A stretch of 64,000 bases of DNA. It comes from Octopus sinensis (Eukaryota). The translations under genes and the position numbers were made by a program. The notes under the pieces were generated by a model. The model ran no database searches, had not been told where the DNA came from, and was given only the letters and a program-made list of their open reading frames with translations. Shown one piece after another: positions 54,107-64,000 of this stretch (positions are counted from its first letter, which is position 1; each line of letters starts with the position of its first letter). The DNA is taken from contig NC_043009.1 of assembly GCF_006345805.1 (NCBI RefSeq), positions 46,438,001-46,502,000 on the forward strand, written 5' to 3'.

Positions 54107-54562
54107 GTAGAGGAATAAATGTGAAGACAAACAAGTTAGGCAAGTCGATATACAAAATATGCCAAATACATTTAATATCAAAAATGCACATACATATGCA
54201 AATAAAAATAGGTTCGACTTATACAGAAAGAATATAAATGATATCAGCAATTAAAGGGGTTGAGTAAGAGTTTTAAGGGTTCAAAAGCTGTTTCTGGAGA
54301 TTTGGTGGTCGAAAATAATGATTGAACTTGATTCCATCATTAAATATTAGCATATTAGCCGCTTCGACTACCAAACCCCCCAGAAACAGATGTTGGGTCC
54401 GTAAACCTCTTACTCAGCTCCTTTAATTCCTAATATCTTTTATATTCTGTGTAAGTGGGGCGTTTTTATATGCATACATATGTACATTTGTGCTATTAAA
54501 TGTATTTGGTATTTTTTGTATTTCGACTTGCATAACTTGCTTGTCCTTACATTCAATCCTAC
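54107..54562. repeat. Long imperfect fold-back (arms ~200 bp, loop ~50 bp)
   Basis: For example ttaaaggggttgagtaagag pairs with ctcttactcagctcctttaa, and caagtcga.atacaaaa with ttttgtatttcgacttg. Confidence 0.8.
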
Positions 54563-54859
54563 ATATGTGTCTGTGTGTGTGTGTATTATTCACTATGTAG
54601 TGCATAGTGTTTATCTTTAATTATATAACAGGATGTGAGGTTTAATGTGTCACTACCTGAATTTATATCTGTCTGAGTATTATCCTAATGTGTATTCACA
54701 GGTGCACACGTGCAATTTCAATGCATTTAACGTCAGCGTGTCTATATTCGTTAATTTTTATACGTGTGACTGATTGTATTGTGCTAACTCAGAAGTTTTG
54801 CTTTATTTGCCAAATTCGTTAAGTTACAATAAAAGCTCTCTAGCATTCAAAGTAGGTCA

Positions 54860-55170
54860 TAGTGTTACACTAGTTGAAGCCACGTTACTACCAGTTCTAT
54901 GATCCCACGTTGATATCAGTTTTTGCACTTCGAGGCGAAGAACTCCTTCACTGAAGTTTCCACGTACCCTTGGTTGATGAAAGGCTTGGAATCGGGGGAC
55001 TGAGACATGAATTGGAACAAATAATACTGTGAGGCAGCGAAGTCCGAACTATATGCTAGGTCTGGCATTAGTTCGATTTCCTCAAATTTCTGGTGTTTAT
55101 TTCGGGCCGTTCGAGCGATATGAGGTATTGCGTTGTATTGCTGCCGGACAGCTCGCTTTCGTTTAATCAA
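54860..55170 (-). mobile_element. Mariner transposase C-terminal relic
   Basis: QYNAIPHIARTA, AYSSDFAASQYYLF, VKEFFASK resemble the HDNAxPH and YSPDLAPSDYHLF motifs. Confidence 0.7.
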
Positions 55171-55215
55171 TGTCGAATATTTTTAGATAGATAGATAGAT
55201 AGATAGATACATACA

Positions 55216-55247
<32 letters not shown>

Positions 55248-55767
55248 CTCGAGCTCTAATAGCTGGCAGAATCCTTAGTTCCACGTAACATAAGTTTAGA
55301 AGAATTTCGCTCGTCTTCACGTTCTTAGTTCAAATTCCACCGAAGTTGACTTTCAATATTGGGTCCGATGTGATCGTCTGGCCACGAGCTCAAAATTTTG
55401 GGCTTTGTGCATATAGTCGACAGGATGATAGAAAAAATTTCTTCGCATATGAACAACACCCTATCAATTAGTCATACACCATCCTTAATTTAATCAAAGA
55501 ACAAGGATAAAAAATAACATGAAAATATAAGCCAATTAAGTTTTAAAATTTATCAGATAAATTAGTACTAGTGGATAAGCGGGGAACAAAGTAAATGGTG
55601 ATTTAAAAGTTCAACAGAATTTACGGATTACTAGTTATGTTTTACAAGTTGTACAGTCATTTCAATACGCTTGCCAAATTAGAAGCAAAACAGTCGGTTA
55701 ATGATTTTACTCCATAATCCTGAGTATTCTATGAAGTATGACATACTTGTAATATTAAAGTATATTA

Positions 55768-56203
55768 AGACGGCTTGCTGGCAGAAACGTTAGCAAGTCG
55801 GACGAAATGCTTAGCGGCATTTCGTCTGTCTTTACGTTCAGAGTTCAAATTCCACTGAGGTAGACGTTGCCTTTCATCATTTCGGGGTCGATAAATTAAA
55901 TACCAGTTGCGTACTGGGTCAATCTAATTGACTAGCCTCCTCAACAAAAATTTCGGGCTGTGTGCCTTGAGTAGAAAAGATTATTAAAGGTGGCAAACTG
56001 GCAGAAACTTTAGCAAGCCGGGGGAAATGCTTAGCAATATTTCGTCTGTCTTTATGTTCTGAGTTCAAATTCCGCCGAGGTCGACTTTGCCTTTCATCCT
56101 TACGTGTCGATAAATTAAGAACTAGTTGCGTACTACAGTCAATCTAAACGACTAGCTACCTCCCCAAAAATTACGAGCCTTGTGCCTAGAGTAGAATAGA
56201 ACA
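55768..56203 (+). mobile_element. Head-to-tail dimer of SINE family B
   Basis: Two consecutive copies, 55768-55985 and 55987-56203. Confidence 0.85.
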
Positions 56204-56465
56204 TTAATGTATGTTACATTGCAAATTTTTAAAATTGTAAAAGATACAAAATGCAAAAATAATATGTGAAAAATCAGGCTAAGTACGAATTTTAGAAACT
56301 TATCTATCCACAAACGCACACACGCACACACACACGCCCACACACACACACACGTCCACACACACACACACACGTCCAAACACACACACACACACATATA
56401 TATATATATTACGGAGATGTACTTGCATAGCAAGTGATTTGATCTGAGATCGTGTGTTGGAACGA

Positions 56466-56724
56466 AAACAATTGCGGGGTGGAAGGTGTTTGTTAAGCCA
56501 TTTAAGAAACACACAAAAGTCGTTCGATTCACTTCAACATTAAAGTTTAATTTGTCAAAATATTTTCGTCGCTATAAGACCGCGACCTGTTCACTGACAA
56601 AAAAATCCGTGTTGCATCTGAGCAGCAATATTTTCACAAATTAAACTTAAATGTTGAAGTGAATCGAACGGCTTTTGTGTGTTTCTTAAATGGCTTACAA
56701 ACACCCTCCACGCTGCAATTGTTT
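56466..56724. mobile_element. Inverted-repeat element (inverted pLTR-like) carrying the G3:C8 hammerhead
   Basis: 56466-56564 is the reverse complement of 56627-56724. Confidence 0.8.
56551..56601 (-). ncRNA. Hammerhead ribozyme variant with a swapped G3:C8 core pair
   Basis: Minus strand: TTTGTCA GTGAACA G GTCGC ggtcttata GCGAC GAAA ATAT TT TGACAAA; 7-bp stem I, 5-bp stem II, palindromic stem III. Confidence 0.72.
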
Positions 56725-56760
56725 ATATATATATAATTTAATTGAATAAGATAGAATCAA

Positions 56761-56991
56761 CAAGGAGTACGGTTAGACAGTTACTTAATAATCACTGAGT
56801 TGGATGTGTTAGCACCGAAGTCGAAGGTTTTGTAACTACAGCTACAGCAATTGTTTATCACATGAAGATATACAACTGGATCCCATTTTGAAGTAAGCCG
56901 TTGCATAGTTAAATTCCTGTATATATGAAGATCTATGTTGTATGGAAATATGTGCAGTGATTATACAATAACTGTCTAACTGTACTCCTTG
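56761..56991. mobile_element. ~230-bp element with ~37-bp inverted termini
   Basis: caaggagtacggttagacagtta...atcactg versus cagtgat...taactgtctaactgtactccttg. Confidence 0.7.
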
Positions 56992-57420
56992 GAAGTATAT
57001 CATAATACTACCGGCTATTTAGTAATTCTAAGGGTAAACGAGCTCTATTTTGTACTCTGCTACAATCCTAACGGAATACACCTTAGATATATATATATAA
57101 AGATACGGTTCATTGAATCTAATCAAGAAGGGTGATTGATTACTATTTCTAGAATGCAACAAACAAATCATTTGTCTCTATGCAGACGATTGCCAAATTA
57201 ATAAAAAAATTATCGTGAGTAGGTAAAACAACAATAATCAAACACCATGATGCTCATTTCTCTCTTAATATGTGCCGTGAGATTTGAACACTGTTGTATT
57301 TGAAAGAACACCGCTCTCTTCAGACGAGTGGGAGTCGAAAACGCTAAGAAGTGGTGCATGGCACTAGAATTTTCGACTCGAGTCAAATGTAGCACACTAC
57401 TCCAAATCTCGTTAAACTAA

Positions 57421-57782
57421 CAGCATAAGTGGAGTCAAGACCGGTGAGGTTGCACCGGCATCGAGTAGTAATGTAATAATGATTTATTTATATTAGCAAT
57501 TGTAATAATGAAATCATTTAATACGTACGTTTGCGTAATATATAATAAGAAATGCATTCATTATGTAAACCTTCCTCAGTTAAAAGATTTTTTAAATAAT
57601 TTTGAAATGCTTTAACTGATGAAGGTTTACATAATGGATGCATTTCCTATTATATATTATGCAAGCTTTAAACGTACGTTTTACCTGATTTCAAAATGTC
57701 ACTATCTGGTTTGACTTCATTATCACAACTAATAGGTCTAGATGTCAGTGCAAGCTGGTCGGTCTTGACTCCAGTTATGCTG
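57421..57782. repeat. Fold-back / MITE-like palindrome
   Basis: Outer arms 57421-57462 and 57741-57782, and inner arms 57531-57584 and 57611-57664, are reverse complements. Confidence 0.8.
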
Positions 57783-58664
57783 GTACTGTAATAGCGACAA
57801 TTCTGGTACCTTGCACCGTTTCTCAGCATAACACGATTTATATATAACAAATCATGATAAACACAATCAGAATCTGATCTCTAAAAACCCGTGTTAATCC
57901 ATACACCCCAAATATTATTGAAACTTATTACACAATATACATGGATACAGCACCAGTCGTTGTTTATTCGAAACAGCTGTAAAGATACGACCTGATTACG
58001 GAGTTCTTTTATTATTTGTATATTCAGCTTCATGTGTAAATACACTATTAATGCCTACTTTTCTTCTCTTCCTCTACACACACACAAACACACACACGCA
58101 CATAACGCACACACGGTCATATATGTGTGTGTGAACTAAACCTTTCTCGACTAAAGCTTTGCAGCCTTGCGATCCTCAAGCGAGAATTGTTACAACTCAG
58201 TATTGGTGGTAGATTTATATCGTTTAATGCGTGTGTGTGGTTTAGTTTTTGTGATTCTTCATGGGTTTACGTTTCGCATTTATTTATCGGTGGGATGGGC
58301 TCTCTTCTCTGTAATCATTATTAAATATTTATGTTTTTTATTGTGTGAAGCGGTGTTCGTATTTCTTGCAATTGTTAGTGGGAGGGTGCGTTATTAATTT
58401 GTTTTATGATTGGTGAAAGAACATATTTTCATATTTTATTTTTTGTGCCTATATGTGTAGGTTGAATGTACGTTGGCAGATGTTAGTTGGAGAATAGTTG
58501 CTAATGAATGGGCTTAAATGTAAAACTATTTGGATACATACATATTGTGAGTAAATATATCCGTGATGGGGTGTAACTATACAAACAAATATACATGCAT
58601 ACACACATACACACACACATATATACGCATATATATATTCATATACACATGTATATATATATTG

Positions 58665-61283
58665 CAGGGACTTGCGTCTAGGTAGGCGAGGTCGGCAGTG
58701 CCTACCTTGAATAAAATAGATCAATAGCAGCAGTTTCCTTTTATGGCAAACTATACACTTAATTCAATAAAATTATGAAGGTTACTCTGATTACTATGCA
58801 TAAAATATAAAATCTTTTTTTGTAGATTAGATAGGTATAATTCTCCCCTGCCTTTGAATCTCATTATTTAAGCTACGCATGGTATTGCTGAAGTACACGT
58901 GTCATGTGCACTCCTACAGCACTGCTTTCTAACCGTGCTATAAAGGCAGAAGTAAATCTGCCTCCAGCTCAGTCACGCGCCTGTGTTTCGCATATTTTTC
59001 GTGTGTTTTACTTTCAGTTTTAGCTCATTTCCATTTATTTATATTTTTCCCCATTTCCAGCAATGGATAGTGACTATCCTAAGACATTTTCAAAACTAGC
59101 TTATGAAGAAAAATGACAAATTATTTAAAAAATGGTAGACCAACACCAGAACTTGAGGACCTAAAACAACAGAAAAGGACAAAAATCATTAGAACATTTC
59201 AAACCACTTGGTGCAGCAAGAAGAATGGTTGTGGGGCTGTACTACAAGAAAAATGCATTTTTTGTTAAGCATGTTTGCTATTTTCTGTATCTAGTGTAAG
59301 TTTGTAGGTAAAAGAAGAATATTGTGATTTAAATAATTTGCCCAATGCTTTAAGTAAACACGAACGATCAGCAGAACATTATAGAAGCCAAATATTGAAA
59401 ATATTAGGATCTACGCAAATCGACTTACTCTTAGACAAACATAAGTCTGTCAGCATTGAAGTTCACAATAAAAAGGTTAAAGAGCACAGATATATTTTTA
59501 AAAAATAATTTCTGCTACTCGTTTCTTGAGTAAACGTGAACTTACTTTTCACAGAGATAATGAACAGAAATCATCGTTAAATTGCGAAAGCTATGTTGAG
59601 TTACTGAACTATACTGCAAGATTTGATAAGAAATTGGCATAACATTTACAGAATTCATCAGTTTTTTTCTGGTCTTTATAATAAAATACAAAATGACTTG
59701 ATAGAAGCAGTAGGCACGATCATAGAAAATAATATTAAAGAAGTCGCACAAACCTCGTTCATTACCATAGACGTAGATAAAACGACTAATATTTCATGTA
59801 CAATTCAATGTTCTACAGTATTGAGGTACATGTTGGACTCTGATATCGAAGAAATCTTTATAGGATTTGACATTCTTAAGGACAAATCTGTTGGAGGTGT
59901 AACAGAGTGTACATTTAATAATTTGGATAAATACGACTGTTGTGAGAAACTTGTATCACAGACGTACGATGGGGCAATAGTGATGGCATCCAGTTTAAAT
60001 GGTGTTCAATTTAAAGTAAGAGAAAGGGCATCAGCAGCTTTATTTATTCACTGCTATGCTCATAAGCTAAATCTTGTTCTATATCAGTCAATAAAATTCA
60101 TTCCTGAATGTACAAGCTTTTTCAAGACCAATGAGGCATTTGCCTCAATTTTCCATCACTCTACAAAGCAAACGTAACTTCTTGAAAAGGCAATCTTACG
60201 AGATGGAGTTCGAATTCAAAACTAATCCAGACTATTTTACAATACTGTTGTGACCTTTGCAAACTCTTCAACAGTATGAACAATGATCCTATGGTGTGGG
60301 ATCCAGATACTTTAGTGCGAAGCAATGGGTTTTATGAGTGGCTAACAAAAGACTCAACGTACTTTTTTCTGATGGTTTATAATGAAATTTTCATTAACTC
60401 TGACACTCTTTTTAATCTCTTACAAACCAAAATGATAGACATTTCATACTGCATTGAGAGGATTAATGGGATAATAAATTTATTTGAGAATCTACACAAA
60501 ATTTCGAGGATTTGTATGTAAAGTTTGTAGAATGTTACAGAGAAAATAACTTAATTAAATCAAATTCTCGTGCGAAAGGTTCAGTTAAAGAATAAAGAAT
60601 GGGAATATTTGGAGTAATTTTGGATGACATACTGATGAACATGAAAGTAGGATTTGCTGATTTCAAAAAGTTCATTTCATTAGTTCATGAAAATAAATTT
60701 TAAGATCTTGCTTGCCAAGTTGATAAGGATGCATTTGAAAGTTTAGAAAAGAACGATGGAAAAATTTTCGACGACATAAGACTGAAAGCGGATTTAGCGG
60801 GAATTTACAATGCACGAGTGTTTCGAGATAAATCCGTTAAAAATTTGCTTGATTCTATATTTGGAAATAAACTGACACAGACGTTCCTCGAAGCTGTGAA
60901 GTTGCTGTAATTAATCTTAACAGTTCCTGTTATAACTGTTTTTGTGAAGAGGTCGTTTTCTTCTTTCAGAAGAATTAAGAGCTACACTAGGAACAGAATG
61001 ACAAATCGAAGGCTTTTGTTACTTGCTTTAATATCCATTGAAAAAGAAAGACTTAACAAAATGGGGAAATACCCTACTTTCAATTTCTACGAAAAAGTAA
61101 TTGATATTTTTGCTACAAAGAAAGCGAGAAGAATGCATTTCCTGTACAAATAGGCTAATATAATTGGGAAGTAAACATTTTAAATATTTTATCCTTCTAT
61201 ATACTAACAAATCTGTTGATGATAGTTTACTACATAAATGTCACCAATTGTCTACCCTGAGAAATTTTGACGGCACGTGCCTG
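58665..61283 (+). mobile_element. Full-length decayed hAT DNA transposon (ZMYM1/DUF4371-like transposase pseudogene)
   Basis: NKIQNDLI, FITIDVDKTTNIS, SQTYDGAIVM, FIHCYAHKLNL, and the hATC motif KRSFSSFRRIKSYTRNRM..RL..LALISIE; TIRs cagggacttgcgtc / gacggcacgtgcctg. Confidence 0.9.
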
Positions 61284-61305
61284 ATATATATATATATATA
61301 CATAC

Positions 61306-61368
<63 letters not shown>

Positions 61369-61658
61369 TGTGTGCGTGTGTGTGCATGTGTGTGTGTATG
61401 TGTGTGTGTGTATACAGAATATGTAAAAATTTAAGATAATAGGAACGTATTACGAATGCTCTGTTTTGTTTACCATCGAACCTCCGGCTTGAAATGCAAC
61501 TGAATGAGTGATGTTGAAACTGCTTATCAAAAGCAGCAATTGCTGGTTTAACCCTGAGCAGGTAGATAAAGATTAAAGTAAAAATGAAAAGGCAAACCAT
61601 TTGGCATCGCTTGAAATTGATATTTTATTTAGATAGAGAATATAGGGATACAGAATGT

Positions 61659-62088
61659 CTTACAGCTGTTTCTAGAATAACCAAGCATGTGGATCATTAT
61701 ATTGAGTAATGGTTTCACAGACTGAGTTGCTGGATGTTCGATGATATTTCATGAAAGTAAACAGTTTCAGTTTTCAGAACTGGAACTGGTAACTCCCACC
61801 ATGTCTTGCCATGGCTTTTCATGGTACATTCTTATTTGAAGTTGCAATTAGATATTATCTATAACTGCATTTTTCATTTACTTGTGGATCTATCTAACTC
61901 ATTCCTATTTTACTCTGATCCTTGCCTCATTCGTTACGAACTGGAATATATCAATATCCTCGATTGGGAAATTCCCCTCCCTTCTACACTTCCTTGACTT
62001 CTCCCTCTCAGATGATTGAATAATCAGACTATGGAACCACAACTCAATATGATCCACACGCTTGACTATTCTAGAAACGGCTGTAAGG

Positions 62089-62090
<2 letters not shown>
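61659..62090. mobile_element. Inverted pLTR-like structure with a hammerhead relic
   Basis: 61659-61725 is the reverse complement of 62024-62087; both carry GAAAC(A/G)GCTGTA. Confidence 0.7.
62002..62090 (+). ncRNA. Hammerhead motif with a U4A core change (predicted impaired)
   Basis: tccctct CAGATGA ttgaataatca...tgactattcta GAAAC GGCT GTA aggga. Confidence 0.5.
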
Positions 62091-62170
<80 letters not shown>

Positions 62171-62260
62171 GCACGCACTTAGATAGATATACACACAGAC
62201 GCGTACACTCACGGACACACACAAACACAAACTCAGGCACACATGTGCACACACACGCGC

Positions 62261-62293
<33 letters not shown>

Positions 62294-62305
62294 CTACATG
62301 CATAC

Positions 62306-62362
<57 letters not shown>

Positions 62363-63285
62363 TCAACCCCATTCTGCTTGGAAGCTATGTTCGAGTATTT
62401 AATAGTGTCTTTCAAAATGTGCTTAAAGAATATCTGTTTAATAGTTTCTAGATTTCATATTTCATATCCGAAGGATTTCGAATGAAATTCGCGTAAGCAC
62501 GTGATGTATGGCGAGCCAATTATTCACTCAAACGTCCACGCCTCTCTTTCACCCACAGCATTTCGCTGTTTGATTAAATAACTGTGAAAATGGCGCATAC
62601 ATTAAAACTACTACCACCATTGTTGCGAACTATGTACACCACCAAACATCATGTATATCTTAGGCTCGTACACAGCCAAAATCTCACTACTAAATATTAT
62701 CCAACGTTAGCTTATTACAGCTGACCAACAATGACTGTCCGAGTTGGTATTTAGACGTTTTAGAGAAGTTTATGAGGAGGATTTGATAATAACTGATAAT
62801 CCTGGCTTGTTTCATAATTGTCCGAACATAATTTCAATATGAAGAAAGGTAAGCTATAATTATTTGGGTTTGCTTTGAAGAAGAAAAATTTTTGTAACGA
62901 TAAACCGCTCGCAGGGCGACCAATAAAATAAACTTTCTTTACGGACGATGACATGATAGATCATGCCCATCTCTATGCACTTATTTTCATCTGAAGTGGT
63001 AACAATGGGGAGTGATTTGAAATGACGCAATAATTACTTCCTACTGGATTATAATCTTAGTTTGTCAAGGGAGACTATTCATAGGGGAATAGTCGCTGCA
63101 ATATCAATATGTTATAGAAATCACAAAGTCATTTTTCTGTCACTCGGATCCTTAGTCTGAAAGGTATTTTGATGTGTGTGTGTATGTGTGAGTTTCTGTG
63201 TGCGCGTGTGTATGTATATATAATGTGTGTGTGTGTAGTGTATGTATATAGTGCATGTATATATATATATATATATTATATATAG

Positions 63286-63330
<45 letters not shown>

Positions 63331-63372
63331 TATATATATATTATATATATAGTTGTGTATATATATTATATA

Positions 63373-63407
<35 letters not shown>

Positions 63408-63411
<4 letters not shown>

Positions 63412-63598
63412 CATTTGCTTCAGTCATTTGACTGCCCTCATGCTGGAGCACCGCCTTTAGTCGAGCAAATCAACCCCAGAACTTATTCTCTGTAAGCCTA
63501 GTACATATTCTATCGATGTCTGTTGCCGAAACACGAAGGTACGGTGACGTAATCATATAAACATCGTTGACAGGCGATGTTGGGAGGGCAACATATGC

Positions 63599-63640
<42 letters not shown>

Positions 63641-63836
63641 ATATATATAATATATATATATATACATATATACGACAGGCTTCTTTCAGTTTCAGTCTAC
63701 CAAATCCACTCACAAGGCTTTGGTTGATCCGGAGCTAAAGCAGAAGACACTTGCCCAAGGTGCCATGCTGTGGGACTGAACCCGGAACCATGTGGTTGAT
63801 AAGCAAGTTACTTACCACACAACCACTCCTGCGCCT
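63408..63836 (-). mobile_element. SINE family A
   Basis: Reverse complement of the 12232-12635 element. Confidence 0.9.
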
Positions 63837-63963
63837 ATATACCTCCCACATATATATGCGTATGTATGTATATATATATATATATACGAACACACACACA
63901 TTTGTATATCGAGGGATATACCGTTGTAGCTTATGTATAAGCATGCATGTCTCTCTCTTTCTA

Positions 63964-63994
<31 letters not shown>

Positions 63995-64000
63995 TTCTCT

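Noticed and set aside
57245-57330. Minus-strand CTGAAGA ... GAAATGAGCATC
   Set aside because: Stem II does not pair.
57850-57990. GAAACAGCTGTA half motif
   Set aside because: The 5' core is not recoverable; counted only as a relic and not annotated as a ribozyme.
62490-62600. CACGTG, CCAAT and AAAATGGCG motifs suggesting a promoter
   Set aside because: Short motifs expected by chance, with no supporting exon or CpG island.

Overview
Eukaryotic, AT-rich, microsatellite-dense non-coding DNA. The SINE families and repeat landscape look like octopus (inferred from recognised SINE sequence, not verified). No intact host CDS is present, apart from a probable first coding exon of a minus-strand gene at the left edge (acceptor at 191-192, Kozak ATG at 64-62), so most of the window is probably intron or upstream sequence. 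The window is built mainly from decayed transposons: CORE-like and Meta-like tRNA SINEs, mariner and hAT DNA transposons, RTE, Dong/R4 and Tx1-like LINEs, two Penelope-like (PLE) remnants, a 6.6-kb tandem array of non-autonomous Helitrons with a nested Helitron, and several fold-back elements. The main signal missed by the ORF track is RNA structure: about 9 minimal type-I hammerhead ribozyme motifs from several unrelated short repeats, most with the palindromic stem III typical of PLE-associated dimer-cleaving hammerheads. Two have intact canonical cores (43371-43455 +, 16554-16588 -), one is a natural G3:C8 compensatory core variant (56551-56601 -), and the rest carry core mutations or are decayed. 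Several short locally templated copies also occur, including two separate copies of Tx1 zinc-knuckle coding DNA pasted about 3 kb upstream of their sources. All calls were made by eye; coordinates of decayed elements are approximate.
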